Positions 9,701 through 19,680 of a DNA stretch of 64,000 nucleotides are shown here, one piece after another. The notes below the pieces were generated by a model. It saw only the letters and a list, made by a program, of their open reading frames with translations, made no database searches and was not told the origin of the DNA. The stretch lies in the NCBI GenBank assembly GCA_963813535.1, contig CAWEZH010000002.1, positions 448,001-512,000 of the forward strand, given 5' to 3'. The first letter of the stretch is position 1. Every line of letters begins with the position of its first letter. The DNA is from an uncultured Chloroflexia bacterium (GTDB lineage: Bacteria > Chloroflexota > Limnocylindria > Limnocylindrales > CSP1-4). The position numbers and the translations under genes are program-made.

Positions 9701-10903
9701 ATGAGGTTGCTCTTCCGCGATGTCGGGCTCATCGACGGCATCGCCGACGCGGCTCGGCAGCACGTCGACGTGACGGTCGATGGCGAGCGGATCGTGGCCG
9801 TCGAGCGCCACGAGCCGACACGTGCCATCGAACCTGGCACGACCGTCGTCGACGGCTCCGGGCGGACCCTGGTGCCCGGTCTGATCGACGCCCATGCCCA
9901 CTACACATTCGACCCCAGCGAGGGCTCGCTGCAGGCGATTTCCGCGCGGAGTGACGACGAGATCCTCGAGTCTGCGAGGGCCCATGCCGCCCGGGCGCTG
10001 CGGGCGGGTATCACCTCGGCGCGTGGCGCCGGATCGATCCGCAACCTCGAGTGCGTGCTCCGCGACGCCATCGCCGCGGGCCAGACCCCGGGGCCGCGCC
10101 TCATCGTGGCCGGGACCGCTGTCGGTTCCCGGGGAGGTCATGGCTCCGCGTTCGGGCTCGAGGCGCAGGGGCCGGCGGGTCTTGCCGAGGCGACCAAGCA
10201 GGTCATCGCGAGCGGCGCCGACGTCGTGAAGGTCGTCGCGTCCGAGGCGGCGATGCTCACTACCACGGGGCTCGCTCCCGGCGTCATGGTCCACGGCGCA
10301 CCCGAACTGACCCTCGATGAGCTTCGGGCGGTCGTTTCGACCGCGGGCGAGCACGGTCGTCGCGTGATGAGCCATGCTCAGGACAGCGAATCGGTCCGCC
10401 GGTCGGCGGCCGCCCACGTCGCGTCGATCGAGCATGCGTGGCTGGCCGACGAGACCGCGATCGAGGCCGTCCGCGCGTCCGGCGCGTGGCTCGTGCCGAC
10501 ACTCGTCGTGACCGACGTCAACCGCACCTTGCCGGGCTTGACGCCGGTCCAGCGCGAGCGACAGGACCTGATCGAGACGCGCCATCGCGTCTCGACGGAG
10601 ACCGCGATCCGGCTCGGTGTCCCACTGGCGACCGGCACCGATACGGGTGAGGTCGGCGTGACCGCCGACATGGTGTGGCACGAGATCGCGCTCCTTCGCG
10701 ACCATGGCGCGACGCCGATGGTGGCGCTCCAGGCGGCGACGTCGTCGGCAGCCCGTCTGCTGGGCATCGATATGGACACCGGCTCGATCGAGGCTGGCAA
10801 GCTCGCCGATCTCGTGCTGTTCGACGGTGACCCGCTCGTGGACCTGGCGGTCCTCGCGCGGCCGGTCGGGGTCTGGCAGGGAGGTCGTTCGGTCAGCGCT
10901 TGA
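9701..10903 (+). CDS. Metal-dependent amidohydrolase (Xaa-Pro dipeptidase/imidazolonepropionase-like)
   Basis: Motifs PGLIDAHAH, SIEHA, GTDTG and GSIEAGKLADLVLFDGDP. Confidence 0.88.
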   Translation: MRLLFRDVGLIDGIADAARQHVDVTVDGERIVAVERHEPTRAIEPGTTVVDGSGRTLVPGLIDAHAHYTFDPSEGSLQAISARSDDEILESARAHAARALRAGITSARGAGSIRNLECVLRDAIAAGQTPGPRLIVAGTAVGSRGGHGSAFGLEAQGPAGLAEATKQVIASGADVVKVVASEAAMLTTTGLAPGVMVHGAPELTLDELRAVVSTAGEHGRRVMSHAQDSESVRRSAAAHVASIEHAWLADETAIEAVRASGAWLVPTLVVTDVNRTLPGLTPVQRERQDLIETRHRVSTETAIRLGVPLATGTDTGEVGVTADMVWHEIALLRDHGATPMVALQAATSSAARLLGIDMDTGSIEAGKLADLVLFDGDPLVDLAVLARPVGVWQGGRSVSA

Positions 10904-11354
10904 GCAGGTCGTGCACCTCCGGCTCGGGGCCCTGCCAGCGCACGACCTCCTCCGTCGCGAATCGACCGTAGAAGTTGATGAAGTGGCCGCCGAGCTCGCG
11001 CAGGATGCCGATCGCCTGGGTCTTCCTGTCGTCACCGCGGACGCGGACCATGACCACCGCCTGCCCGGCACGGATCGCGGCGTCGTACCAGGCCATATCG
11101 GGGAGCTGATCCATCACCGTGAACGACACGATCCGCCGGAGACGCGTGAACAGGCCATGCATCGCCCCGGTCGGGTCGAACCGGGAGGCGCCCTCGTCAC
11201 CGCGCAGGACCGTGATGTCGCGGTCGGGGATGCCGGCCGCCTTCAGGGCAGCCGCGGCTGTCGCGGCATGTTCCGCGTCGGGCAGCACCGCGAGCAGCAA
11301 ATCGGTCGGGTAGCCGATGAAGCGGGACGTGCGCCGTCGGCCTGGTCGGTCCAT
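10893..11354 (-). CDS. Hypothetical protein
   Basis: 153 aa, MDRPGRRRTSRFIGYPTDLLLAVLPD..., with typical codon usage. TATCCT -10 lies 6 nt upstream of the ATG. Confidence 0.7.
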   Translation of the reverse strand: MDRPGRRRTSRFIGYPTDLLLAVLPDAEHAATAAAALKAAGIPDRDITVLRGDEGASRFDPTGAMHGLFTRLRRIVSFTVMDQLPDMAWYDAAIRAGQAVVMVRVRGDDRKTQAIGILRELGGHFINFYGRFATEEVVRWQGPEPEVHDLLKR

Positions 11355-11428
11355 GGCCCGAGGATAGCGAGGCGTGCGCGAGCGGCGTTCGATCGGACGC
11401 CTCGAGTCCGTTTGCACCGGCGCGAAGG

Positions 11429-11514
11429 TGGTGCCGAAGGAGGGATTCGAACCCTCAACCACTTGCGTGGAGCGGTGTTTGAGACCGCCGCGTATGCCGT
11501 TCCGCCACTTCGGC
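11429..11514 (-). tRNA. tRNA-Leu(CAA)
   Basis: GCCGAAG acceptor stem, anticodon arm GCGGT-CTCAAAC-ACCGC, long variable arm, GGTTCGAATCC and encoded CCA. Confidence 0.95.
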
Positions 11515-11670
11515 CCGAGTTGACATCGTAGCCGGTCGTGGCACTGGCGCCGGCGCACCACGCACCGGTCGAAGCGGAACCAGCGTTCGCGGGCCTGCGT
11601 CTGGCGACCGATGCTAGACTCCCCGGGCCTCACGTCAGCCACTATCGCCGTCCGGAGGGACCCCCCGACC

Positions 11671-12282
11671 GTGGAGGAGGACCTTCGCTCGACGACGGTC
11701 CCCGACGACCCCGTCCAGCGCCGCGATCTCATCCTCATCGAGCGAGCCCGAGATGGCGACCTCGACGCGTTCAACGACCTCGTCGTGCTGTACCAGGACT
11801 CCCTGTTCGCCCTGGTGGTCCGCATGGTCCCCGATCGCGATCAGGCGTCCGACGCGGTCCAGGAGGCGTTCTTCTCCGCCTACCGCAACCTCGCGTCGTT
11901 CCGTGGCGGCAGCGTCAAGTCGTGGCTGAACCGCATCTGCGTCAACGCGGCGATGGACACCCAACGAGCACGGAAGCGCCGCCCCGTGCAGCCCTATCCC
12001 GAGCTCGAGGACGAGAGCTGGCAGCCGAAGGCCGGCGACGAGGTCGATCCCGAGCGGATCGCGGTCCAGGCCGAACGGAGTCGCGTGCTCGCGGCGGCGC
12101 TGGCGCACATCACCGACGACCAGCGGACCGCCATCGTCCTGTACGACGTCGAGGGCTACGACTACGCCGAGATCGCAGAGATGACGGGCGTCTCGCTCGG
12201 GACGGTCAAGTCGCGGATCCACCGCGGTCGACTGTCGCTGCGCGACATCCTCGTGGATCGCATGGACCTGTTCCGTGGCTGA
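11671..12282 (+). CDS. ECF RNA polymerase sigma-70 factor
   Basis: Motifs DAVQEAFFSAYRNL, SWLNRICVN and YAEIAEMTGVSLGTVKSRIHRGR. GTG at 11671 follows GGAGG. An extended -10 (TGcTAGACT) is at 11612-11620. Confidence 0.9.
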   Translation: MEEDLRSTTVPDDPVQRRDLILIERARDGDLDAFNDLVVLYQDSLFALVVRMVPDRDQASDAVQEAFFSAYRNLASFRGGSVKSWLNRICVNAAMDTQRARKRRPVQPYPELEDESWQPKAGDEVDPERIAVQAERSRVLAAALAHITDDQRTAIVLYDVEGYDYAEIAEMTGVSLGTVKSRIHRGRLSLRDILVDRMDLFRG

Positions 12283-12820
12283 TCGGACCTCGCACGCCCG
12301 TCACGATCGGTTCGCGATCGCTGAGGCCATCGGCGGCGCGATGATGCCGTCCACCGTGCGTACTTGCCCGGCCTGCGGGGCGCTCCACCGCGACCTCCAG
12401 TCGCTTCGAGCGGCGTTCCGTGTGGCCTGGACGCCGCGCCGTCCACGCGACCTCCTGCTGACTACGGGCGATGTGGCCCGACTGCGACCGACACCCTGGC
12501 GACGCCTGCTCGGGTCGATCGGTTCGCCACGCGACGCCGTGACCCGCCCATTAGCGATCGGCTTCACTGCAGTGGGTCTTGTCGGACTGCTCCTGACCAG
12601 CATGCCACTTGGTGCTGTCGGCGGGAGCGCAGCGAGCTCGCCGTCGGTCGAGAGCATGTCCGCCACCGAACCATCGGGGACGCCCGCCAGCGACCAGCGT
12701 GTCGTCGGCGAGGCGACGGCCCCGAACCCGGTCGTGCTCGTTTCCGTCGGATCCGTGGCACTCGGCGGTTCGATCTTCGCACTGCGCCGCGTCACATCGC
12801 GCTCGAACCGGGTGCGATGA
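12275..12820 (+). CDS. Putative anti-sigma factor (HxxHD...CxxC, two TM segments), paralogue 1
   Basis: Overlaps the sigma-factor stop. Motifs HARHD, CPAC and PRDLLLT, a TM segment (PLAIGFTAVGLVGLLL), and a C-terminal TM with a basic tail. Confidence 0.65.
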   Translation: MADRTSHARHDRFAIAEAIGGAMMPSTVRTCPACGALHRDLQSLRAAFRVAWTPRRPRDLLLTTGDVARLRPTPWRRLLGSIGSPRDAVTRPLAIGFTAVGLVGLLLTSMPLGAVGGSAASSPSVESMSATEPSGTPASDQRVVGEATAPNPVVLVSVGSVALGGSIFALRRVTSRSNRVR

Positions 12821-12860
12821 TGCGGAACCACGCACGAGGCGACGTCGTCTCACCTTCGAC

Positions 12861-13625
12861 ATGACCGACGCACACCCCTCGACCACGGCCGCCCACGCCG
12901 CCCACGCCGCCCACGACCTGACCGTCGTGGCGGCCCTGGCGACGCGCGACCGCGATCTCGATCGATCGACGGCCGACGCCGCGCGGGTGCTGGTCGCGTC
13001 CTGCACCGCCTGCGCCGACGTCCTGGCCGACCTTGTGTCGCTCCAGGCGGCCATCCCGACCACCTCGACGCCTGCCCGGCCTCGCGACTTCACGCTGACC
13101 GACGCGGACGCCGCCCGGCTCCGCAGGACCGGTTGGCGCCGGTTCCTCGGGTTCTTCGGTTCGGCGCGCGACGGCGTCAGCCGCCCCCTGGCGATCGGCC
13201 TGACGACGATCGGCCTGGCCGGCCTCATGGTCGCGACGCTGCCCTCGATGTTCATGGCCAGTGGCGGCACCTCCGTGCTCGCCCCGGTCGGTGCTCCCGT
13301 CGAGCAGGCCCAGCCAGCCGCCGGGGGTGCCGTTGACGCCTATGGATCCGACAAGCTCACGATGAGTGGCGAGCCTGCCCCGAGCGACGGCGTCAGGGGC
13401 GAAGCCGCCGCCAGCGGGGCTGCCGCCAGCGAGCCGGCCGATGGCGGCGTGTTCAGCGGCGCCAATCCCGACGAGATCGGGCGGCTGGACACGACCGGTG
13501 ACAGCGCGGCCGCGCTCCGTGATGACGCGTCCGGGCTGTCCGTGCTGTTCGTCATCGCCGGCATGCTGCTGATCGCCGGCATCGGCCTGTTCGGTCTCCG
13601 CTGGAGCGCTCGCCGACTACGCTGA
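12861..13625 (+). CDS. Putative anti-sigma factor (HxxHD...CxxC, two TM segments), paralogue 2
   Basis: Motifs HAAHAAHD, CTAC and PRDFTLT, a TM segment (PLAIGLTTIGLAGLMV), and a C-terminal TM ending RWSARRLR. Clearly collinear with paralogue 1. Confidence 0.7.
   Translation: MTDAHPSTTAAHAAHAAHDLTVVAALATRDRDLDRSTADAARVLVASCTACADVLADLVSLQAAIPTTSTPARPRDFTLTDADAARLRRTGWRRFLGFFGSARDGVSRPLAIGLTTIGLAGLMVATLPSMFMASGGTSVLAPVGAPVEQAQPAAGGAVDAYGSDKLTMSGEPAPSDGVRGEAAASGAAASEPADGGVFSGANPDEIGRLDTTGDSAAALRDDASGLSVLFVIAGMLLIAGIGLFGLRWSARRLR
12888..12914 (+). repeat. 9-bp tandem repeat (GCCGCCCAC)x3 encoding AAH x3
   Basis: Read directly at the 5' end of paralogue 2. Confidence 0.8.
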
Positions 13626-13690
13626 ACCCGTCGATCGGCGAGCCCAGCGGCAGCCGGTCGCGCGACCCCGACGGGTACACTGTCCACCCG

Positions 13691-16633
13691 ATGGAACGCC
13701 TGATGCTGCTCGACGGCTACGGGCTGGTCTACCGCGGATACTTCGCTCTCCCGCCGCTCACCACGTCCAAGGGTGAGCTCGTGAACGGCGTGTTCGGGTT
13801 CGCCAGCATCGTCCTGCGCGGTATCGCGGATCTCCAGCCCGATTACCTCGCGGTCTCGTTCGACCTGCCCGGTCCGACGTTCCGGCACGAGCAGTACGCG
13901 GACTACAAGGCGACCCGCGTCAAGATGCCCGACGACCTGCGCGACCAGTTCCCGAAGGTGCGCGAGGTCGTCAAGGCGCTGCGGATCCCGGTCTACGAGA
14001 TGGCGGGCTATGAGGCCGACGACGTCATCGGCACGATCACCCAGCAGCTAGATCCGAAGGACGACCTCGAGACGACGATCGTCACGGTCGACCTCGACAT
14101 GCTCCAGCTGGTGACCCCCCGCGTCCGCCTGATGACCACGCGCTCCGGTGTCGAGAACACCGTCATGTACGACGTCGCGCGCATCGATGAGCGGTTCGGG
14201 CTGCGACCGGACCAGATGATCGACTACAAGGCGCTCAAGGGCGACCCCACCGACAACATCCCCGGCGTCCCAGGGGTGGGCGAGAAGACCGCCGCGAAAC
14301 TCATCCGGGAGTTCGGCGACCTCGAGAGCCTGTTCACGCGCATCGATGACGTGACGCCTGAGAAGCTTCGCGAGAAGCTGCGCGACCATCGCGAGCAGGT
14401 CTTCATGGGCCGCGACCTGTCGACGATCGTTCGGGACCTTCCGATCGAGATCGACCTCGAGGCGGCCCGCCTCGGCGACTACGACCGCGACACGGTCGTC
14501 CGGTTGTTCCGCGAATACGAGTTCCGCACGCTGATCGAGCGCTTGCCGCCGATGGCGGGCGAGACGGCGGAGGAGCGGACCGAGCGCCTGAAGTCCGTGG
14601 CGGAGAGCGGCTACGTGCCGGCTGCCCGCGTGGCTGGCCGACCCGAAGGCTGGGGTCCGGGCCGTGCCACGGGCCGGCCGGCCAGCACCGAACTCCAGCT
14701 CCGACTCGATTTCGACGCGGTCGGCACCCCATCCGGGGACGGCACGGCCCCGCGCGCCGGAGGAATCGCCGCGGCCGGACCGTTCGAGCCGACCGACGAC
14801 CTGCCGGCCGCGCTGGCGGCCGCGATCCTCGATCCCGGGCGCATCGAGGTCGCCGACGAGAGCAGGATCCCAGAGCTTGAATCATGGTTGCTCGCGCAAC
14901 CGGCGGTCGGCGTGGCCCTCGTGCAGGACGATCCACGACCCCGCCGGGGCACGCCGCTCGCTCTCGCAGTCGTCGGCACCGACGGAAGAGCGGTCGCAGC
15001 GGACGGGCCGGACGCCGCCCACGCGCTCCGCCACATGCTCGAGCGACTGCGCATCCCGCTCGTCGGGCACGAGGTCAAGCCCGTGCTCGTCGCCGGTCTC
15101 GCCGACGATCCTGCGGTGGAGCCCATCCCGGTCGCTGTCGACACGCAGGTCGCGGCGTACATCCTCAACGCGGCGCTCCGGAGCCAGACCATCGCCGACA
15201 TCGTGGCCGAGCACCTCGACCAGATCCTGCCGCCGGCCGTCGAGCTGCCGCCGACCGCGCGGGCGGGCCTCGAAGCGCTCTCGGCGATGGCCGTGCGCGA
15301 GCCACTGGAGCAGCGCTTGAGCGAGATCGACGGTCTCGAGCGACTGTTCCGGGAAGTCGAGATCCCGTTGATCCCGGTGCTCGCGCGGATGGAGGCCACC
15401 GGGGTCGCCCTGGATCGCGAGGCGCTCGACGTGCTGCATCGCGAGTTCAGCACTGAGATCGCCCGTCTCGAGCAGGAGATCTACGTCGACGTCGGTCATG
15501 AGTTCAACCTCGGCAGTCCCAAGCAGCTCGAGCAGGTCCTGTTCTTCGAGCTGAACCTGCCGAAGGGTCGCAAGACCAAGACGGGCTACTCGACCGACGC
15601 ATCGGTCCTCGAGGAGCTGCGCCCCGCCCACCCGATGGTCGACAAGCTCCTCGAGTGGCGGGTCTACACGAAGCTCCGCTCGACCTACGTCGAGGCGCTG
15701 CCGACGCTGATCGCCGGCGACGGGCGACTGCACACGACCTTCCACCAGGCGGTCGCGGCGACCGGTCGCCTGTCCTCGTCGGACCCGAACCTACAGAACA
15801 TCCCGATCCGGACCGAGCTCGGCCGGCGGATCCGGCGCGCATTCGTGGCCGGCGAGCCGGACCTCGTGCTGCTGGCAGCCGACTACTCCCAGATCGAGTT
15901 GCGGATCCTTGCCCACGTCTCGGGCGACGAGCATCTCAAGGACGCCTTCGCCCGCGGCGCCGACATCCATCGTGAGACCGCCGCACGGGTGCTCGGCAAG
16001 GCTCCGGAGGACATCACCCACGGCGAGCGGTCGATGGCCAAGATGGTCAACTTCGGGCTGGCCTACGGCATGAGCGACTTTGGCCTCGCCTCGCGCGCGA
16101 ACATCTCGCGCCAGGACGCGCAGACGTTCATCAACAGCTACTTCACGGCGTATTCAGGGATCAGCTACTACATGATGGCGATCAAGGACCAGGCACGGGA
16201 CCAGGGCTTCGTCGAGACCCTGCTGGGCAGGAAACGGCAGATCCCCGAGCTGCGTGCCTCCAACCCGGCCCTGCGCGGGGCAGGGGAGCGGATGGCCATC
16301 AACATGCCCATCCAAGGCACGGCCGCCGATATCCAGAAGATCGCGATGATCCGGGTCGAGGCAGCCGTCCGCGAGGCGGGTCTGCGAGCACGGCTGCTGC
16401 TGTCCGTCCACGACGAGCTGCTGTTCGAGGTGCCGCGCGACGAGGTCGAGGCACTGGCTGCCGTGGTTCGCGAGCAGATGGAGGGCGCGCTGCCCCTGTC
16501 GGTCCCGCTGGTGGTGGACATCAAGGTCGGCGATGACTGGGAGTCGATGACGCCACTGACGCGCGCGGACGCCGTCGCTGCCGAGGCCGACGAGTTGCCG
16601 CTGGAGGCGCCGGTCGCCCCGTTGGCGTCCTAG
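13691..16633 (+). CDS. polA: DNA polymerase I
   Basis: 5'-3' exonuclease domain (EADDVIGT, GDPTDNIPGVPGVGEKTA) and polymerase motifs DYSQIELRILAH, KMVNFGLAYG and VHDELLFE. Confidence 0.97.
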   Translation: MERLMLLDGYGLVYRGYFALPPLTTSKGELVNGVFGFASIVLRGIADLQPDYLAVSFDLPGPTFRHEQYADYKATRVKMPDDLRDQFPKVREVVKALRIPVYEMAGYEADDVIGTITQQLDPKDDLETTIVTVDLDMLQLVTPRVRLMTTRSGVENTVMYDVARIDERFGLRPDQMIDYKALKGDPTDNIPGVPGVGEKTAAKLIREFGDLESLFTRIDDVTPEKLREKLRDHREQVFMGRDLSTIVRDLPIEIDLEAARLGDYDRDTVVRLFREYEFRTLIERLPPMAGETAEERTERLKSVAESGYVPAARVAGRPEGWGPGRATGRPASTELQLRLDFDAVGTPSGDGTAPRAGGIAAAGPFEPTDDLPAALAAAILDPGRIEVADESRIPELESWLLAQPAVGVALVQDDPRPRRGTPLALAVVGTDGRAVAADGPDAAHALRHMLERLRIPLVGHEVKPVLVAGLADDPAVEPIPVAVDTQVAAYILNAALRSQTIADIVAEHLDQILPPAVELPPTARAGLEALSAMAVREPLEQRLSEIDGLERLFREVEIPLIPVLARMEATGVALDREALDVLHREFSTEIARLEQEIYVDVGHEFNLGSPKQLEQVLFFELNLPKGRKTKTGYSTDASVLEELRPAHPMVDKLLEWRVYTKLRSTYVEALPTLIAGDGRLHTTFHQAVAATGRLSSSDPNLQNIPIRTELGRRIRRAFVAGEPDLVLLAADYSQIELRILAHVSGDEHLKDAFARGADIHRETAARVLGKAPEDITHGERSMAKMVNFGLAYGMSDFGLASRANISRQDAQTFINSYFTAYSGISYYMMAIKDQARDQGFVETLLGRKRQIPELRASNPALRGAGERMAINMPIQGTAADIQKIAMIRVEAAVREAGLRARLLLSVHDELLFEVPRDEVEALAAVVREQMEGALPLSVPLVVDIKVGDDWESMTPLTRADAVAAEADELPLEAPVAPLAS

Positions 16634-16642
16634 GGCCGTCGC

Positions 16643-17680
16643 ATGCCCGAGCTCCCCGAGGTCGAGACCGTCGCGCGCGACCTCCGACCGCGTTTGGTCG
16701 GGGCGACCATCGTCGGTGCCCGGACGAATTGGGTGCGCACGCTCCGATCCCAGGATCCGATCTCATTCGCCGAAGGCGTCACAGGCCGATCGGTGCTGGC
16801 GGTGGGTCGACGCGGCAAGCAGGTCGTCGTCGACCTGAGCGATGACGCCGCGCTGACCGTCCATCTCAAGATGACCGGCCAGTTGTTCGTGGTCCCGCCG
16901 GACCTGCCGGAAGATCGGTACATCCGTCTCGTCCTCGAGCTCGCCGACGGCCGCGAGCTGCGCTTCCGCGATATCCGCAAGTTCGGCAGGATCGGGTTGT
17001 ACGGTCGCGACCCGGTCACAGGCGAGCTGGTCGACGAGGTCGGTGGTGCGTCCGTGTTCGCCGGCGTCGGACCGGAACCGCTCGATGACGCGTTCACGCT
17101 GCGCGACTTCCGCCGGCGGATCCGTCGTCGCAAGGGCCGGCTCAAGCCCCTGCTCACCGACCAGGCCTTCCTCGCCGGCGTCGGCAACATCTACGCGGAC
17201 GAGGCGCTCTGGCGCGCACGACTGCATCCGCTCCGGTCAGCGTCGTCGCTGCGACCGCCCGACGAGCGCCGGCTCTACGAGGCGGTCCGGGAGGTGTTGG
17301 GCGAGGCCATCGAACGTCGCGGTTCCTCGATCGACGACTACACCGCGCCGGATGGGGACGGCTCGATGCAGGAGCGCCTCGACGTGTACCAGCGGACCGG
17401 CGAGCCATGCGCCCGCTGCGGTCACCCGATCAAGCGGATCGTGATCGGGGCACGGTCGACCCACTTCTGCTCATGGTGTCAGCGCCTGTCGGCTGCCGAC
17501 CGGAAAGGTGCGGCGGCGATCCTGCTCTCCATGACCGGCGGAGGGGTGCGCCGCGGACGACGCTGGACGGAGCTTGACGACGGGGGCCAGGAGGGCGCCG
17601 CGACGCTCGCCCGGACCGACCGCACCCGCCGCGCCGCGGCGACGCGTCGCGCTGCCGCGCGCGACGCAGCGGGCAGCTGA
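16643..17680 (+). CDS. mutM: Formamidopyrimidine-DNA glycosylase/AP lyase
   Basis: Motifs MPELPEVET, HLKMTG, DIRKFG and GVGNIYADE, and the zinc finger CARC...CSWCQ. Confidence 0.96.
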   Translation: MPELPEVETVARDLRPRLVGATIVGARTNWVRTLRSQDPISFAEGVTGRSVLAVGRRGKQVVVDLSDDAALTVHLKMTGQLFVVPPDLPEDRYIRLVLELADGRELRFRDIRKFGRIGLYGRDPVTGELVDEVGGASVFAGVGPEPLDDAFTLRDFRRRIRRRKGRLKPLLTDQAFLAGVGNIYADEALWRARLHPLRSASSLRPPDERRLYEAVREVLGEAIERRGSSIDDYTAPDGDGSMQERLDVYQRTGEPCARCGHPIKRIVIGARSTHFCSWCQRLSAADRKGAAAILLSMTGGGVRRGRRWTELDDGGQEGAATLARTDRTRRAAATRRAAARDAAGS

Positions 17681-19680
17681 TGTCGATCCTGCGGCTGGCC
17701 GGGGTCACGCGCGAGATCGGCGCGTTCACGATCCTCGATGCGATCGACGCCGCGGTCGCCCTCGGGGACCGGATCGGCCTGGTCGGGCCGAACGGTGCGG
17801 GCAAGACCACGCTGCTGCGCCTCGCGGCTGGGACCGACGAGCCTGACCGCGGCACCGTCAGCCACAAGCGCGCGCTGTCGATCGGCCTGCTGGCCCAGGA
17901 GGCACATCTCGACGCGGTCTTCATGGCCTCCCCGGACCTGCGGGCGGCCGTCCGCGCGGGTGCCGCGCACCTGGAGGTCATGGCCGAAGAGCTCGCGACC
18001 ATCGAACGCGCCGGCCGGGCGACGGATCCCGCCTATGCCGACCTCCAGCATCGCTTCGAGGTCCTCGGCGGCTACACGCTCGATCAGCGGGTCGATGCCG
18101 CGCTGAGCGGCCTCGGGTTCGCCCAGGAGGAGTGGTCCAAGCCGCCCACCGCCCTGTCCGGCGGCGAGCAGACGCGAGCGGCACTCGCCCGCCTGGTCAT
18201 CGCCGATCCGGACCTGCTCCTGCTCGACGAGCCGACCAATCACCTCGACCTGGGCGCCCTCGAATGGCTCGAGGACCACCTTCGCCGCCGCGCCGGGTCA
18301 CTGCTGGTCGCCTCGCACGACCGGGCGTTCCTGGACGCGACCGTGACACGGATCTGGGAGTTGCGGGATCGCCACCTGACGGCGTTCCGTGGCGACTACA
18401 GCGCGTACCGGCGCCAGCGCGAAGAACGTGACACGCGCGCGGTGAAGGAGGCCGACACCCAGGCCGAGCAGATCGAGCGTGAGCGCGAGCTGGTCCAGCG
18501 CTACCGGAGCCATCGCAAGTTCAACAAGATGCACGAGCACGAGGCACGACTCGAGCGTCTCCTCGCCGAACGCCGGGAGGCGCCGCGCTCCGGGCGCAAG
18601 CTCGCCTTACCCCAGGCCTCGCTCGTCGGCGCCGGTCCGGCGCGATCGGGTGAGATCGTCGTCCGGGTCGAGGAGCTGGTGGTCGGCTACCTGCCGGGCC
18701 GCGGCGCCGTCGATGCCGACGGCAGGCCCGCCACCGAGCCACGGGTCGTCGCGCACGCCCCGTTCCTGGCGGCGCAACGCGGCGACCGGATCGGCATCGT
18801 CGGTCCGAACGGGGCCGGCAAGACCACGCTGCTGCGCACGATCGCCGGGGAGCTGTCACCGCTCGATGGGGCGCTGACCTTCGGCAACGCCGTGCAGATC
18901 GGCTACCTCGCCCAACTCCGACGTGCCGCGATCGCCGGCGAGACCGTCCTCGACGCGCTGGTCGGCACGATCCCGGTGACGCCGGGCGAGGCACGCTCGT
19001 ACCTCGCCAGGTTCCTGTTCCGCGGCGACGACGTGCTCAAGGAGGTCCGCACCCTGTCGGGCGGCGAGCGGTCGCGACTCGAGCTGGCGCTGCTCGGGAT
19101 CCAGCCGTCGAACCTTCTGCTCCTGGACGAACCGACGAACCACCTGGACATCCCGGCACGAGAGGCCATCGAGGCCTTCATGCGCGAGTCGCCGGCGACC
19201 TTGCTGGTGGTGTCGCACGACCGGCGCCTGCTCGAGACGGTGTGCGACCGGCTCTGGGTCGTCGACGATGAGCGCGCGGTGCCGTTCGATGGCGGCTACC
19301 GGGCGTGGCGTTCCGCGGTCGCCGACGGCTGGACCACGAAGGACGCGGACAAGGCCCGACGGGCGCGACTGGCGGCGCCAGTGGCGACGGTGCCGGGTGT
19401 CCTGGCGCCCGCCAAGCCGACCGTCGCGAGGCCGGCCGCACGTCGCGCCCGCGGCGCGAAGCTCTCGAAAGACGCCTACCGCCGACAGAAGTCGGCGCTC
19501 GACGCCGAGCTGACACGGCTCGGGTTGCGCAAGAACCATCTCGAGCTGGCCATGGGCGATCCCTCGATCTCCGCCAACTTCGTCGAGCTTCGTCGGGTGA
19601 CGAGCGAGCTCGCCGATGTCACCGACGCACTCGGGGTCGCGGAGGATGCCTGGCTCGATCTGGAGGAGCGCGCACCCTGA
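17680..19680 (+). CDS. ABC-F family ATPase (Uup/YheS-like, C-terminal coiled coil)
   Basis: Two ABC domains (GPNGAGKTT, LSGGE and DEPTNHLD, each twice) and no TM segments. Confidence 0.92.
   Translation: MSILRLAGVTREIGAFTILDAIDAAVALGDRIGLVGPNGAGKTTLLRLAAGTDEPDRGTVSHKRALSIGLLAQEAHLDAVFMASPDLRAAVRAGAAHLEVMAEELATIERAGRATDPAYADLQHRFEVLGGYTLDQRVDAALSGLGFAQEEWSKPPTALSGGEQTRAALARLVIADPDLLLLDEPTNHLDLGALEWLEDHLRRRAGSLLVASHDRAFLDATVTRIWELRDRHLTAFRGDYSAYRRQREERDTRAVKEADTQAEQIERERELVQRYRSHRKFNKMHEHEARLERLLAERREAPRSGRKLALPQASLVGAGPARSGEIVVRVEELVVGYLPGRGAVDADGRPATEPRVVAHAPFLAAQRGDRIGIVGPNGAGKTTLLRTIAGELSPLDGALTFGNAVQIGYLAQLRRAAIAGETVLDALVGTIPVTPGEARSYLARFLFRGDDVLKEVRTLSGGERSRLELALLGIQPSNLLLLDEPTNHLDIPAREAIEAFMRESPATLLVVSHDRRLLETVCDRLWVVDDERAVPFDGGYRAWRSAVADGWTTKDADKARRARLAAPVATVPGVLAPAKPTVARPAARRARGAKLSKDAYRRQKSALDAELTRLGLRKNHLELAMGDPSISANFVELRRVTSELADVTDALGVAEDAWLDLEERAP

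Noticed and set aside
11611-11670. Upstream ATG start for the ECF sigma given in the ORF track
   Set aside because: That ATG overlaps the extended -10 element. The GTG at 11671, with a GGAGG SD, is the better start.
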